A stretch of 64,000 bases of DNA from Rhizomicrobium sp. (GCA_035551495.1 DASZMT010000056.1:37290-101289), one strand, 5' to 3'; counted from the stretch's first letter, positions 37,579 to 51,871 are shown. The notes: generated from the sequence alone by a model not told the origin. Translations and numbers: made by a program.

Positions 37579-38209
37579 GGCGGGTGCGGGCGGCTGCGAC
37601 GGCGAGGATCGCCGCCACGCCGGCGGCGGTCCAGAGCGCACCTTGCCCCCAATAACGTTCGGCGGCGGCGCCGGCGATGGTTCCGGCAAGAAGTCCCAGC
37701 CACAGCAAGAGATATGGCAGCCATTCCATGCGCGGCCCGCCCAGCATTGCGGCGGCGATTCGTTGCCCGCACCGAACCAGCGTGCCGGTCATGTAGGTGA
37801 GACCGATCTGCACGTCGCCGTCGCGCTCGAACACGGCGTTCTCCGCGCCCATTGCGGAGGCCAGCGCGAACGCCGCCGTCCAGCGGAGCCCGAAATGCGC
37901 GAGCACCGCCGCCGCTGCGAGCAGCAGCGAGACGAAAACCATCACGCCCGGCCTGCGGCGTTCGCCGGCGGCGTGTCCGCACAGCGAACCCGCGACGACG
38001 CCCAGCACGAAAGCGCCGAGAAGAAGCGCCGCCGCCTGCGCCGCGCCGGCCGCGCCGGTCGCGAGGCCGACACCGAACCGCGTGGTGTTGCCGCTCATGA
38101 ACGAGACGAAGAACCCGCCGAGCATGATGAAGGCCGTGGCGTCGACATATCCCGCCAGCGCCGCCAGCGCGATGGCCAGGACGCGTGCCTCGCGGTCGTG
38201 GCGGATCAC
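37562..38209 (-). CDS. YoaK/DUF1275 family membrane protein
   Basis: LAGYVDA...FVSFMSGNTT...MGAEN...TYMTG; GTG start overlapping the TerC stop. Confidence 0.88.
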   Translation of the reverse strand: MIRHDREARVLAIALAALAGYVDATAFIMLGGFFVSFMSGNTTRFGVGLATGAAGAAQAAALLLGAFVLGVVAGSLCGHAAGERRRPGVMVFVSLLLAAAAVLAHFGLRWTAAFALASAMGAENAVFERDGDVQIGLTYMTGTLVRCGQRIAAAMLGGPRMEWLPYLLLWLGLLAGTIAGAAAERYWGQGALWTAAGVAAILAVAAARTRPTPPS

Positions 38210-38973
38210 GGCAGCGTGCCCGATCTCGGCCGGACCTCGTTCTCCCGCTTCCTGCGTCCGCGCCGGTGCGCGACGAACTGGTTCAGGCCCTCGACCATCC
38301 CCGAGAACGCCACCGCGAAGTACAGATAGCCGCGCGGGATGTGGAAGTGCAGCGCGTCGGCGATCAGCGCGGTGCCGATCAACAGTAAAAAGCTCAGCGC
38401 CAGCATCTTCACCGTCGGATGCCGCTCGACGAACTCGCCTACCGCGCCTGACGCGATCAGCATCACGAACATCGCGAACACCACCGCCGCGATCATGATC
38501 GACAGCTGCTCGGCCATGCCGACCGCCGTCACCACCGAGTCGATCGAGAACACGATGTCGAACAGCGCGATCTGCACCACCGCGGCCATCAGCGTCACGG
38601 ACGGCTTGTTCGCATGCGCCTCGTAATCCTCCGACATCTCGTGGATCTCGCGCGTGCTCTTGGTCAGCAGGAACAGGCCGCCGGCGATGAACACCATGTC
38701 GCGCCACGAGAACGGCAGGCCCCACACCGTGATCACCGGGTCGGACAGATGGATGATCCACGCGATCGACGACAGGAAAGCAATGCGCAGCACCAGCGCC
38801 AGCGCCAGACCGATGCGCCGCGCCGTCTTGCGCTCCGACGGCGCCACGCGGTTCGCCACCAGCGCCAGGAAGATGATGTTGTCGATGCCGAGCACGATCT
38901 CCAGCACCGCCAGCGTCAGGAGCGCGATCCATCCGTCGACCGTGAAGAAGGGCGCCAGAAAAGGTCCAAGCAT
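38206..38973 (-). CDS. TerC family membrane protein
   Basis: LEIVLGIDNIIF, DIVFSIDSVVTAVG and KMLALSFL. Confidence 0.92.
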   Translation of the reverse strand: MLGPFLAPFFTVDGWIALLTLAVLEIVLGIDNIIFLALVANRVAPSERKTARRIGLALALVLRIAFLSSIAWIIHLSDPVITVWGLPFSWRDMVFIAGGLFLLTKSTREIHEMSEDYEAHANKPSVTLMAAVVQIALFDIVFSIDSVVTAVGMAEQLSIMIAAVVFAMFVMLIASGAVGEFVERHPTVKMLALSFLLLIGTALIADALHFHIPRGYLYFAVAFSGMVEGLNQFVAHRRGRRKRENEVRPRSGTLP

Positions 38974-38980
38974 GGCGGGA

Positions 38981-39604
38981 TCAGAACCAGGGCGGCGGAA
39001 GCTGCGGGAACAGGTATAGCAAGGTCTCGCGGGCTGCGAGAAGCCCGATCCCGCCGCCGATGAACACGTCGGAGAGGAAATGCGCCGTCAGAAGCGCGCG
39101 GGTGACCGACAGCCAGAACGCCACCGCGAACCACACGATCGCCCACCCGGGCGCGACGCAGCTCGCGATCACCGCCACCATCGTGATGGTCAGCGAATGG
39201 CCCGACGGGAAGGAGTTGTACGCCGTGTCGAACTTGAACCAGACGAACTCGTAGAGCCCCATCTCCATGTCGTCGCGCGGGCGGCGGCGGCCCACCACCA
39301 GCTTCATGCCGTGGAGGATCGCGCTGCCCGCGCCCAGGCACACGATGAACGCCCAGGCATAGGTCCACATGCGCGTGAAGCTGTCGTCGCCGGGGCGCCA
39401 GGCAAGCCCGATCTTGGCGACGACCAGCGCCATCACCGCCGCGACCAGCCAGTGCGCCGCCTTGGCCCAATGGGTTGTCTTTTCGAGAAAGTTCTGGAAC
39501 GCCGCGCTCTCATGGTCATAGAGCGCGTGCGCCGCCTGCCGGTCGATGGCGAAACAGCCGGCGCCGAGAACGATGAAAAAGACGCCGGCCCAGAGCAGGA
39601 TCAT
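38981..39604 (-). CDS. PAP2 family phosphatase
   Basis: KLVVGRRRP, SFPSGHS and TRALLTAHFLSDV. Confidence 0.9.
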   Translation of the reverse strand: MILLWAGVFFIVLGAGCFAIDRQAAHALYDHESAAFQNFLEKTTHWAKAAHWLVAAVMALVVAKIGLAWRPGDDSFTRMWTYAWAFIVCLGAGSAILHGMKLVVGRRRPRDDMEMGLYEFVWFKFDTAYNSFPSGHSLTITMVAVIASCVAPGWAIVWFAVAFWLSVTRALLTAHFLSDVFIGGGIGLLAARETLLYLFPQLPPPWF

Positions 39605-39718
39605 GGCCGCTGCTTGCCGTGGCGGGGCGCCGCTGTCAAACGCCTCCGCACGACGCCGGGAGGCTTGGTACAGCGCGGGCCGGAAAACCGGGTGGCGGCT
39701 CGCGTCTTCGGTATCGCG

Positions 39719-40261
39719 TCAGGTCCGAACACCGGCCGTGAGCCGCGGGTCGAGCGGCGGATGGAATACGTGCTCGTGGTCCCATGTGAAGACGAACGAG
39801 CCGAGGATCATATCGACGGCCACGCCATCGTCCGACAGCGGCGCCAGCAGCGCGTCGAAACGTTTGGGGTCCTGACCGTAAAACGAGCCTGCGCCGCTGA
39901 GCCGCACGGGGGCGCATCGTTCGACGACACCGCGATAGGTTTCGAGCGTCAGCCGCACGGTTTCTTCGCCGAACGGCGCGATGACCTCGCTCATCAATCT
40001 TCCCGACGGCTCGTCGTAGAAGAACTCGCGCAGCTGCGTTCCCACGAGGCGGTAACGAAAATCCGTTCCGCCGTCGACCACGTCGGCCAGCAGGATATGG
40101 GACAGGTGCGGCTTGATGAACTGAGTCGGCGAGATATCGTCCCGGCTCGGCATGGCGCGCGTGCCGCGTTTTTCATTCCAGTAGTCGTGCACGGCCACGA
40201 GAATCTCGGGCCAGTCGGCGCGGTCCATCCCAGCGCTTTGGGTCGGCGGTTGACTCAACAC
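39719..40261 (-). CDS. Stand-alone PAS (PAS_5-like) protein
   Basis: [19 protein letters not shown]...LSHILLADV...FRYRLVGT. Confidence 0.82.
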   Translation of the reverse strand: MLSQPPTQSAGMDRADWPEILVAVHDYWNEKRGTRAMPSRDDISPTQFIKPHLSHILLADVVDGGTDFRYRLVGTQLREFFYDEPSGRLMSEVIAPFGEETVRLTLETYRGVVERCAPVRLSGAGSFYGQDPKRFDALLAPLSDDGVAVDMILGSFVFTWDHEHVFHPPLDPRLTAGVRT

Positions 40262-40596
40262 ATTCTCCCTTGGGCTGGAGGAATGCGGTTACGGCAAAGC
40301 CTGCCACGATGCAGACGCTATATCGCGGCGCCGCCTCTGGCCAGTTGAAGGACCATGCAGCGCTCTCGGGGATTGTACGCAGTCGCGGACGGCTGGGAAA
40401 CCTCGGGCCTCGATCCGTCAAATTCTGTTCCTCATTTGTCTCAAAAGACTTGGGAGGAAGGACGCCGGCCGTCACGCCCAATCCGTCGCCGCGCACCTTG
40501 TGTCGCGGCGGCGGATTTCGTGTGTCCGCCCGGCTGGCAGGGCGCGCCCGCGACCAGTACAGTCCCGCCACTTGCTATCGAAAATGGAGGAAACGG

Positions 40597-41841
<1,245 letters not shown>

Positions 41842-41862
41842 CGCTCGCCGCTATCGAATGGG

Positions 41863-41890
41863 AAAGGGCGGTCGAAAGGCCGCCCTTTTT
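41863..41890 (+). terminator. Rho-independent terminator
   Basis: aaagggcggtc-GAAA-ggccgccc-ttttt. Confidence 0.85.
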
Positions 41891-41898
41891 GCTCGTCC

Positions 41899-41990
41899 TG
41901 TCATCCGCCGCGAATGCGGCGGGCCCAGTTGACGTCTTCTCAAGTGGTACAAAATGTCACCTGGGTTCGCCGCATTCGCGGCGAATGACA
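41899..41990. repeat. REPIN-like element (TGTCAT-CGCCGC type)
   Basis: tgtcatccgccgcgaatgcggcgggcccag...ctgggttcgccgcattcgcggcgaatgaca. Confidence 0.88.
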
Positions 41991-41996
41991 CCAGTG

Positions 41997-43907
<1,911 letters not shown>

Positions 43908-44043
43908 ACTTTCCCCGAACGGACGCTCGCCGTCGAGGTTGCACGCTAGCGTACGGTGGTTAATCAAGACTTGCGCGGGGTTTCCGCGGCGCCGGCGCGT
44001 TAGGAGGGTGTTTACACTTACCCCGTCGCGCCGAAGGCGCGCA

Positions 44044-45132
44044 TCAATCCATGGCCCCCGCGCGCTTGGCGTACATCCACGCGCGCTGCGCCAGCGGGCG
44101 CACGGCGCTCGCGTTCTGCGCCGCGTTGGCGTTCGCCGCCGTGCCGTCGCGCACGCGCCCGACGATACCCTGCAGGATGCCGGCGAGGCGGAAGAAGTTG
44201 TAGGCCGCGTAATAGTCCATGTTCGGCGTCGTGGTCCGCCCGGTGCGCTCGCAATACATCTTCACGTATTGCTCCAGCGTCGGGATGCCGAGCGCCTCGA
44301 AATCCGCGCCCATCACCGAGCCGGCGCTGGTGCCGCGGCCTTCCTGCTGCCACTGCATCAGATGATAGGTGAAGTCCGCGAGCGGATCGCCGATCGTCGA
44401 CAGCTCCCAGTCGATCACGGCCAATACTTTCGGCTCGGTCGGATGCAGGATCATGTTGTCGAGCCGGTAATCGCCATGCACCACCGACGGGCGCCCTTCC
44501 GCGGGCAGGTGCTTGGGCAGCCAGTCGATCAGCTTGTTCATCTCGTCGATCGTCTCGGTCTCGCTCATCTGGTACTGCTTGGTCCAGCGCGAGATCTGGC
44601 GTGCGACATAGGCGGTGGGCTTGCCGAACTCCGCCAGCCCGATCTTGACGTGGTCGAGGTTGTGCAGCCGCGCCAGCGTCTCGTTCATCGCATCGTAGGT
44701 CGCCCAGCGTTCCTTCTTGTCCATGCCGGGAAGGATGCCTTCCCACAGCACGCGGCCTTCGACGCAATCCATGATGTAGAACATCGTGCCGGTGATGCTC
44801 TCGTCCTCGCACAGCAGATACGGCTTGGCGACCGGAAAGCCCGTGGGATGCAGCGCCGAGATCACCTTGAACTCGCGGTCCACCGCATGCGCGCTGGGCA
44901 GGAGCTTACCCGGCGGCTTGCGCCGCATCACATATTTGCGGTTCGGCGTGACGAGCTGATAGGTCGGGTTCGACTGGCCGCCCTTGAACTGGCGCACCTC
45001 GAGCGGCGTCTGGAAGCCCTCGATGCGGTCGGCGAGATAGGCTTCGAGCTTCTTGACGTCGATGACATGCGCGGCGGTGACCTCCTTGGTGCCCGAATAG
45101 GTCTCCTGCCGGCTGGCGCCCTGGTCGCTCAT
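44044..45132 (-). CDS. APH-family phosphotransferase (LvaA/ACAD10 kinase-like)
   Basis: FKGGQSNPTY, RRKPPG.LLPSAHAVDRE, HGDYRLDN and IDWELSTIGDP. Confidence 0.92.
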   Translation of the reverse strand: MSDQGASRQETYSGTKEVTAAHVIDVKKLEAYLADRIEGFQTPLEVRQFKGGQSNPTYQLVTPNRKYVMRRKPPGKLLPSAHAVDREFKVISALHPTGFPVAKPYLLCEDESITGTMFYIMDCVEGRVLWEGILPGMDKKERWATYDAMNETLARLHNLDHVKIGLAEFGKPTAYVARQISRWTKQYQMSETETIDEMNKLIDWLPKHLPAEGRPSVVHGDYRLDNMILHPTEPKVLAVIDWELSTIGDPLADFTYHLMQWQQEGRGTSAGSVMGADFEALGIPTLEQYVKMYCERTGRTTTPNMDYYAAYNFFRLAGILQGIVGRVRDGTAANANAAQNASAVRPLAQRAWMYAKRAGAMD

Positions 45133-45215
45133 CGCCATACTCCCGTTTCGAATTGTTATTGGGCGCATTTTGACTGCTGCAGCGCCGTACACAAGGTACA
45201 AATCCAACCTATCCC

Positions 45216-45317
45216 GTCATCCCGGACGAGCGCAGCGAAGACCCGGGACCCATGGAGCATGCGGCGCGCTAGGTCTCGGCTCGGCGCGATGCTGACGCAT
45301 CGCTTGGCCGGGATGAC
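45216..45317. repeat. REPIN-like element (CGTCATCCCGG type)
   Basis: cgtcatcccggacgagcgcagcgaagacccggg...ggccgggatgac. Confidence 0.8.
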
Positions 45318-45335
45318 AGCGGTGGATTTGGATCG

Positions 45336-45947
45336 CTAAGCGATCAGCGGCTCCAACGCTGCGGCAATATCGTCATTCGACCGCACCAGCACCGTCTGCA
45401 GTCCCGCGGCGCGGGCGCCTTCGATATTCGCCGCGGAGTCGTCGAAGAACAGGATGCGCTCGGGCGGCACGCCGATCTCGCGCACCACGTGGTCGAACGC
45501 CTCCCGGTCCGGCTTGCGCAGCCCGATGGTCGACGACACGAACACCGTCTTGAAGTGGCTCAGCATGCCGGCATAAGCGGCCGACCAGAACGCCTCATGC
45601 GCCCGGTTGGTGTTGGTGAAGGCATAGACCGGCAGCCGCGCCGCCGCCGCCGCGAGCTGCGCCTCGATCTGCGGAAACACGCCGATGAAGATCGCATTCC
45701 AGCCGTCGAGAAACTGCGCGTCGGTGAGGTCCACCTGGAATTCGTCGCGCAGCGACGCGAAGAACGCGGCATCGCTGATCAGCCCGCGCTCATGCTTGAA
45801 ATAGGTCTCGCCCGGCACATAGGCCTTCCACAGCGGCGCAAGATCGCGCCCCGCGAGCTCCGACCACCGCCGCACCACGCGGCCGACGTCGATCTCGGTG
45901 GTCACGCCGCCGAAGTCGAACAGCAGGGCTTCGACAGGTTCGCTCAT
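45336..45947 (-). CDS. HAD-family phosphatase (YihX-like)
   Basis: [25 protein letters not shown] and FFDD..NIEGA. Confidence 0.88.
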   Translation of the reverse strand: MSEPVEALLFDFGGVTTEIDVGRVVRRWSELAGRDLAPLWKAYVPGETYFKHERGLISDAAFFASLRDEFQVDLTDAQFLDGWNAIFIGVFPQIEAQLAAAAARLPVYAFTNTNRAHEAFWSAAYAGMLSHFKTVFVSSTIGLRKPDREAFDHVVREIGVPPERILFFDDSAANIEGARAAGLQTVLVRSNDDIAAALEPLIA

Positions 45948-47215
45948 CGCCGCGCCAGCGCGCGCCGTCCGATATCGCGTCGCGCGAAACAGCCGTCCCA
46001 ATGGATCAGGTCCACCGCGGCATAGGCGCGGGCCTGCGCCTCGGCGACGTCCTTGCCGGTCGCGGTGACGCTCAAGACGCGCCCGCCCGCAGCCACGATG
46101 CGGCCGTCACGCTTTTCGGTTCCGGCATGGAAGATCTGCACGCCGGGCAGCTTCGCCGCCGCCGCGAGGCCCGTGATGACCTGCCCCTTCTCGACCGCGC
46201 CCGGATAGCCCTTCGACGCCATCGCCACGGTCAGCGCGGCTTCGTCGCTCCAGCGCAGATCGACGTCCTTCAGCATCCCGTCGCGCATCGCCAGCAGCAC
46301 CGTCAGCAGGTCGCTCTTCAGCCGCGGCATCATCACCTGGGTCTCCGGATCGCCGAAACGGCAATTGTATTCGACGAGCTTCGGCCCCGCCTTGGTGAAC
46401 ATCAGCCCCAGATACAGCACGCCGGCATAGGGCATGCCCTTGGCGCGCATCGCCGCGACGGTCGGCTTGATGAAGCGCTCCATCGCGACGCTCTCCATCG
46501 CCGGCGAGATCACCGGCGCAGGCGAGTAGGCGCCCATGCCGCCGGTGTTCGGCCCCCTGTCGCCGTCGAAGACGCGCTTGTGGTCCTGCGCGCCGGCAAG
46601 CGGAAGAACGGTCGTCCCGTCGCTGAGCGCGAAGAAGCTGCCTTCCTCGCCCTCCATGAATTCTTCGACGACGACCGCATGGCCGCTGTCGCCGAAGGCG
46701 CCTTCGAACATGCCGTCGATGGCCTTGTGCGCGTCGGCGCGGCTCTCGGCGATGATCACGCCCTTGCCGGCCGCCAGCCCGTCGGCCTTGATCACCACCG
46801 GCAGGCCGAGACCGTCCGCGAACGCCTTGGCCGGCGCCGCCGTGCGGAAACGCCGATAGGCCGCCGTCGGGATGCCGTATTCGGCGCAGAGGTCCTTCAC
46901 AAAGCCCTTGGAGCCTTCGAGCACTGCCGCCGCCTTGCTCGGCCCCGTGGCGCGGATGCCGGCCGCTTCGAACGCATCCCACAGCCCGCCGACCAGCGGC
47001 GGATCGGCCGCGATCACCGCCAGATCGATGCCCGCCTGCAGCGCGAACGCCACCTGGCCCGCGAAATCCATCGCCGGGACCGGCACGCATTCCGCGACCT
47101 CGGCGATCCCCGCATTGCCCGGCGCGCAATAGAGCTTGGTCAGCAGCGGCGACGCCGCCAGCTTCCACGCCAGCGCATGCTCCCGGCCACCCGACCCGAC
47201 GAGAAGGACTTTCAT
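45944..47215 (-). CDS. purD: Phosphoribosylamine-glycine ligase
   Basis: [29 protein letters not shown] and [18 protein letters not shown]. Confidence 0.97.
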   Translation of the reverse strand: MKVLLVGSGGREHALAWKLAASPLLTKLYCAPGNAGIAEVAECVPVPAMDFAGQVAFALQAGIDLAVIAADPPLVGGLWDAFEAAGIRATGPSKAAAVLEGSKGFVKDLCAEYGIPTAAYRRFRTAAPAKAFADGLGLPVVIKADGLAAGKGVIIAESRADAHKAIDGMFEGAFGDSGHAVVVEEFMEGEEGSFFALSDGTTVLPLAGAQDHKRVFDGDRGPNTGGMGAYSPAPVISPAMESVAMERFIKPTVAAMRAKGMPYAGVLYLGLMFTKAGPKLVEYNCRFGDPETQVMMPRLKSDLLTVLLAMRDGMLKDVDLRWSDEAALTVAMASKGYPGAVEKGQVITGLAAAAKLPGVQIFHAGTEKRDGRIVAAGGRVLSVTATGKDVAEAQARAYAAVDLIHWDGCFARRDIGRRALARR

Positions 47216-47277
47216 GGTTCCTCTTTAGCACGCGGGGGGAGGGTGAAAATCGACATCCGTTGTATCATCTGTGAATC

Positions 47278-48696
47278 ATGTCCGACGCCGCGACCGCCAA
47301 GCCCAACATGCCCGAGTTCTCGGTCACCGAGCTCTCGTCCGCCCTCAAGCGCACCGTCGAGGACGCGTTCGGCTTCGTGCGGGTGCGCGGCGAGATCAGC
47401 AACCTGAAATTCCACTCCTCCGGCCACATCTATTTCGACCTCAAGGACGAGAAGGCCTGCCTCAACGCCGTGGTCTGGCGCACCGGCGCCGGGCGCCTGC
47501 GCCAGAAGCCGCAGGCCGGGCTCGAGGTCGTGTGCACCGGCAAGATCTCCACCTATGCCGGCTCGTCGCGCTACCAGATCATCGTCGAGCAGGTCGAGCT
47601 CGCCGGCGCCGGCGCCCTCATGGCGATGCTGGAAGCGCGCAAGAAGGCGCTCGCCGCCGAGGGCCTGTTCGAGCCCGCGCACAAGAAGCCGCTGCCCTTC
47701 CTGCCCGGCGTGATCGGCGTGGTGACCTCGCCGACCGGCGCCGTGATCCGCGACATCATGCACCGGCTCCAGGCGCGCTTCCCGCGCCGCGTGCTGGTGT
47801 GGCCGGTGGCCGTGCAGGGCGAGCGCGCCGCGGCCGAGGTCGCGGCGGCGATCCGCGGCTTCAACGCCATCGGCCCGGGCCACGCGCTGCCGCGCCCCGA
47901 TCTTCTGATCGTGGCGCGGGGCGGCGGCTCCATCGAGGATCTGATGGCGTTCAACGAGGAGATCGTGGTGCGCGCCGCGTTCGAGAGCGCGATCCCGCTG
48001 ATCTCCGCCGTCGGGCACGAGACCGACACCACGCTGATCGACTTCGCGTCCGACGTCCGCGCGCCGACACCGACCGCCGCCGCCGAGCTCGCCGTGCCGG
48101 TGCGCACCGAGCTGCTCGGCCAGACGCTGGATTTCACGCGCCGCCTGCTGCGCGCCCACACCAAGGGCATGGACGACCGCCGCCGTCATCTTGCGCAGTT
48201 GGCGCGCGTCCTGCCGCGCGCCGAGGCGCTCTTCTCGCAGCCGCGCCAGAGGCTCGACTATGCGAGCGAAAACCTCGCCAAGGCCCTGCGCACCAACCTG
48301 CAGGAGCACCGCCGCGCGTTGACAGAGGCCGGCGCGGTGCTGCGCCCGAACCGCATCGCACTTCAGATCAAGCGCGGCAGCGAGCGGGCCGACGCCCTGG
48401 CGCAGCGCCTGGCGCGGGCCCAGCGTGTCCGGCTGGCGAAGCAGCGGCAACATCTGGACGCCCTCGGCCGCGTGCTGGAGAGCGCCTCCTACCGGTCCGC
48501 GCTGGATCGCGGCTTCGCGCTGGTGCGCGGCGAGGATGGCGCGATCCGCCGCCGCGCCGGCCAGGTCGCGCCGGGCGAGCACCTCACGCTGAGCTTCGCC
48601 GACGGCGAGCAGGGGGCGGTGGCCGACGGCATGGCGGTCGCACCGAAGGCGAAAGCCAAGACGAAAGCCGGTGGCGGCCAGGGGAGCTTGTTCTGA
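47278..48696 (+). CDS. xseA: Exodeoxyribonuclease VII large subunit
   Basis: VRGEISN, SGHIYF, VTSPTGAVIRD, RGGGSIEDL and VGHETD. Confidence 0.96.
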   Translation: MSDAATAKPNMPEFSVTELSSALKRTVEDAFGFVRVRGEISNLKFHSSGHIYFDLKDEKACLNAVVWRTGAGRLRQKPQAGLEVVCTGKISTYAGSSRYQIIVEQVELAGAGALMAMLEARKKALAAEGLFEPAHKKPLPFLPGVIGVVTSPTGAVIRDIMHRLQARFPRRVLVWPVAVQGERAAAEVAAAIRGFNAIGPGHALPRPDLLIVARGGGSIEDLMAFNEEIVVRAAFESAIPLISAVGHETDTTLIDFASDVRAPTPTAAAELAVPVRTELLGQTLDFTRRLLRAHTKGMDDRRRHLAQLARVLPRAEALFSQPRQRLDYASENLAKALRTNLQEHRRALTEAGAVLRPNRIALQIKRGSERADALAQRLARAQRVRLAKQRQHLDALGRVLESASYRSALDRGFALVRGEDGAIRRRAGQVAPGEHLTLSFADGEQGAVADGMAVAPKAKAKTKAGGGQGSLF

Positions 48697-48708
48697 CGCT
48701 GCCCAACT

Positions 48709-48809
48709 TGTCATCCGCCGCGAATGCGGCGGACCCAGGTTGCGCATCGCTCATCTTGCAAGGTTCGCGAAGACGGCATCTGGGTTCGCCGCATTCGCGG
48801 CGAATGACA
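48709..48809. repeat. REPIN-like element (TGTCAT-CGCCGC type)
   Basis: tgtcatccgccgcgaatgcggcggacccag...ctgggttcgccgcattcgcggcgaatgaca. Confidence 0.88.
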
Positions 48810-48857
48810 CTGGTTTTTTCGTTCAAATCGCCTCGCAACCACTCTACACTGGACGGC

Positions 48858-49085
48858 ATGAACAAGATGGACCGCGATTTTCGCGCGCAAGGCGAGGCCG
48901 TTCTGGAATATCTCGACGGCGAGTTCCGCGTCGTGAAGGCCGGCTCGTTCGTCGTCTGCGCCGTCACCGGCGTGCATATCCCCGTGGAGTCGCTGCGCTA
49001 CTGGAACGTCGACCTGCAGGAGGCCTATGCCAATCCCGTCGTGGCCCTGAAGCGCCAGCAGGACGCCGGAAAGATTCCCAAGTGA
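48858..49085 (+). CDS. DUF2093-like small protein
   Basis: YLDGEFRVVKAGSFVVCAVTG..IP...LRYWNVDLQEAY. Confidence 0.85.
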   Translation: MNKMDRDFRAQGEAVLEYLDGEFRVVKAGSFVVCAVTGVHIPVESLRYWNVDLQEAYANPVVALKRQQDAGKIPK

Positions 49086-49915
49086 TTACACGCAGGCTGG
49101 CCCTTGGCTGCGGCGTAGCAGCGGCGTTCGTGCCTGTTCTCGTGCGCGCCGCGGGACGCCTGACGCTGACGGGTTCGATGGAGCAGGGCGGTCTGGTGGT
49201 CGGCCGCGCCGAACCCGGCGCCAAGGCGACGCTCGACGGCGATCCGATCCACGTCTCGCCCGAGGGCGTGTTCGCCTTCGGCCTCGGCTGGGATCAGGCC
49301 AAGCCCTCGCATCTCGCACTCACCTTCGCCGACGGTTCGACCGAGAGCCGCGACGTCGTGCCCACGGCGCGCAAATACGACGTCCAGCGCGTCAATGGCC
49401 TGCCGCAGAACACGGTCACGCCTTCGCCCGAGATTCTCGAGCGCATCAGGCGCGAGCACGCGCGCCTCAACGAACTGCGCAAGACCGACAGCGATCACCT
49501 GTGGTTCGCGGAGAGCTTCGACTGGCCGGCGCCCGGCCGCATGAGCGGGGTGTTCGGCAGCTATCGCATCGACAACGGCACGCCGATGACGCCGCATTTC
49601 GGCGTCGACATGGCCAATGTCGAAGGCACCCCGATCCACGCGCCGACCGATGCCGTGGTGCTTCTCACCGACGATTTCCATCTCGAAGGCGGCTTCACGC
49701 TGCTGGACCACGGCCATGGCGTGACGACGCACTACATGCATCAGTCCAGGCGTCTGGTGCAGGAAGGCGACGTGCTGAAGCGCGGCGACGTGCTCGGCAA
49801 GATCGGCATGACCGGCCGCGCCACCGGCCCGCATCTGCACTGGGGCATGAACTGGTTTGCGGTCCGGCTCGACCCGTCGCTCTCCACCCGCACGCCCGAG
49901 CCGCCGAAAGCCTAA
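49082..49915 (+). CDS. M23 family metallopeptidase
   Basis: HFGVD, LDHGHG, YMHQS and TGRATGPHLHW; GTG start. Confidence 0.9.
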   Translation: MITRRLALGCGVAAAFVPVLVRAAGRLTLTGSMEQGGLVVGRAEPGAKATLDGDPIHVSPEGVFAFGLGWDQAKPSHLALTFADGSTESRDVVPTARKYDVQRVNGLPQNTVTPSPEILERIRREHARLNELRKTDSDHLWFAESFDWPAPGRMSGVFGSYRIDNGTPMTPHFGVDMANVEGTPIHAPTDAVVLLTDDFHLEGGFTLLDHGHGVTTHYMHQSRRLVQEGDVLKRGDVLGKIGMTGRATGPHLHWGMNWFAVRLDPSLSTRTPEPPKA

Positions 49916-50883
49916 CCCAGGCCTTGCGCCTTGATCGCGCGTTGCAGCGGCTCCTGGTCCTGCGCCCGGTCGGTCGGCCAGCGGCGATGGATCCACAGCC
50001 ATTGCGACGGCCGATGGCGCACGCCCTTCTCGACCGCGTCGTTGATCAGGCAGGTCAGCGTGTAGATGTCGCGCTTCTCGTCGCCCGTCGGCGTGAAGGC
50101 GATGGGTGCGTGCACCGTCATGCGGAAGCGCGAGCCCGGCAGGCGTTCGTTGGAGACCGGCAAAAGGGTCGCGCCCAGCCGCAGCGCCAGCATCGCCGGC
50201 GCCGGCGTCGTCATCGCGAGATGGCCGAAGAACGGCGCCGCGATGCCCTCATTGGTCTTCTGGTCGGTGAGCAGCACGATGGCCTTGGCGCGCCGCAGGA
50301 GCGTGAAGATCTTGCGCGTGCCCGCCGCGCCTTTCGCGATCTGGTCCTTGGGCCCGTTGGTGCGCCGCTGCTCGACCAGCCAGCGGTCGATGTAAGGATT
50401 GTTCTGCGGCCGATAGACCTCGCCGCCCTCGAACCCGACCTGCACCGCGACGAAGGGCATCAGCTCCCAGTTCGCGAAATGGCCGGAGAAGAACATGATC
50501 CCCTTGCCGCTGTCCTTCAGCGCCATCGCGGTCTCGAGATTGGCGACCTGCAAGCGCGGGTTCGGACCGTGGATCGAGAACTTGTCGAGATGGGCGTACT
50601 CCGCGACCGTGCGGCCCAGGCAGTCGCACATCTCCAGCACGATGGCCTCGATCTCGGCCTTGTTCTTCTCCGGGAACGCGAGGCGCAGGTTCGCCCGCGC
50701 GCGGTTCATGATCCCGCCGATGCGATAGAAGATGTGGCGCCCGATGAAGCCGCCCACCGCCGACGACACCGTCAGCCCGAGCAGCCGGCAAAATCCGATG
50801 AAGGCGAAGAAGGCCGCCGCCTCGGCGCCGTAGCGCAGGCGCAGTGCAAGCGGCGTGGAAGACTGGTCTGACGCGTCACTCAT
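49912..50883 (-). CDS. lpxL: Lipid A biosynthesis acyltransferase (LpxL/HtrB family)
   Basis: SGHFANWE, LTDQK, FFG and PSQWLWIHRRW. Confidence 0.88.
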   Translation of the reverse strand: MSDASDQSSTPLALRLRYGAEAAAFFAFIGFCRLLGLTVSSAVGGFIGRHIFYRIGGIMNRARANLRLAFPEKNKAEIEAIVLEMCDCLGRTVAEYAHLDKFSIHGPNPRLQVANLETAMALKDSGKGIMFFSGHFANWELMPFVAVQVGFEGGEVYRPQNNPYIDRWLVEQRRTNGPKDQIAKGAAGTRKIFTLLRRAKAIVLLTDQKTNEGIAAPFFGHLAMTTPAPAMLALRLGATLLPVSNERLPGSRFRMTVHAPIAFTPTGDEKRDIYTLTCLINDAVEKGVRHRPSQWLWIHRRWPTDRAQDQEPLQRAIKAQGLG

Positions 50884-51871
50884 GCGGTGGGGGCGGTAGC
50901 GCAGCCGTCGCGAGCCTGTCAAGCAAGCCGTCCAGCGCCGCCGGCTCCTCGAACCGCGAATGGACCGGAAGCGCGACGATTCCCTCGCGTTCCGCGGGCG
51001 TCAGGCGGACGTAATCTTTCTCCGTCGTAACCAATGCCGCGTGTTCCGCGGCGGCGCGGCGCTTGAGGCGCGCGATCTCGGACTGGGTGTAGACATGGTG
51101 GTCGCCATAGGCCTTGGCGTCCGCGATGACGAGGCCGAGCCGCGTCAGGGCATCGAAGAACTTGCCCGGCCGCCCGATGCCGGCGAACGCCACGACCCGC
51201 GCCCCGGGCGCAAGACGCGTCTCGTCCTGCACCAGCGTTGTGTGCAGCACCGGGCCTGCAAAGCTGCTGAGATCGGGCGGCGTGCCCGCGCCCGCGACGA
51301 TCACCGCGTCGGCGCGCGCCAGGCCCTGCGCCACCGGCTCGCGCAGCGGCCCCGCCGGCAGGACGCGATGGTTGCCGAAGCCGGCCTCGGCATCGACGAC
51401 GATCAGCGACAGGTCCTTGGCCAGTGTGAAGTTCTGGTGGCCGTCGTCCATGATGATGGTGTCGAAGCCGTGCGCCTCGGCCAGCTGCGCCCCCGCCGCG
51501 CGGTCGGCCGACACGATCACCGGCGCGATCGCGGCCAAAAGCAAAGGCTCGTCGCCGACATGCGTCGCGCGGTCGTCGGGCGCGACGAACGCGCTGCCGC
51601 GCACCTTGCCGCCATAGCCGCGCGTCAGGAAAACGGGCCGCCGCCCGCGCACGATCAGCGCCCTGGCGAGCGCGACGCAGATCGGCGTCTTGCCGGTGCC
51701 GCCGGCGGTGAGGTTGCCGACGCAGATCACCTGGATCTTCGAGCGGTAAGGCTGCGCATGGGCCGCGCGCCACGCCACCGTCCACGCATACAGCCAGCCG
51801 AGCGGCAGCAAGAGCGCGCCGGCGATGCGCGACAGCGTATCGGTGCGGGTCCAGAAATCAGGCGGACGCAT
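50876..51871 (-). CDS. lpxK: Tetraacyldisaccharide 4'-kinase
   Basis: VGNLTAGGTGKTP, LTRGYGG, GDEP, MDDGHQN and TTEKDYVR. Confidence 0.96.
   Translation of the reverse strand: MRPPDFWTRTDTLSRIAGALLLPLGWLYAWTVAWRAAHAQPYRSKIQVICVGNLTAGGTGKTPICVALARALIVRGRRPVFLTRGYGGKVRGSAFVAPDDRATHVGDEPLLLAAIAPVIVSADRAAGAQLAEAHGFDTIIMDDGHQNFTLAKDLSLIVVDAEAGFGNHRVLPAGPLREPVAQGLARADAVIVAGAGTPPDLSSFAGPVLHTTLVQDETRLAPGARVVAFAGIGRPGKFFDALTRLGLVIADAKAYGDHHVYTQSEIARLKRRAAAEHAALVTTEKDYVRLTPAEREGIVALPVHSRFEEPAALDGLLDRLATAALPPPPHE

Noticed and set aside
40262-40596. Riboswitch (for example cobalamin) in the long leader of the acyl-CoA dehydrogenase
   Set aside because: Only isolated words (cccgccact, ggaag) are present; the conserved core could not be assembled.
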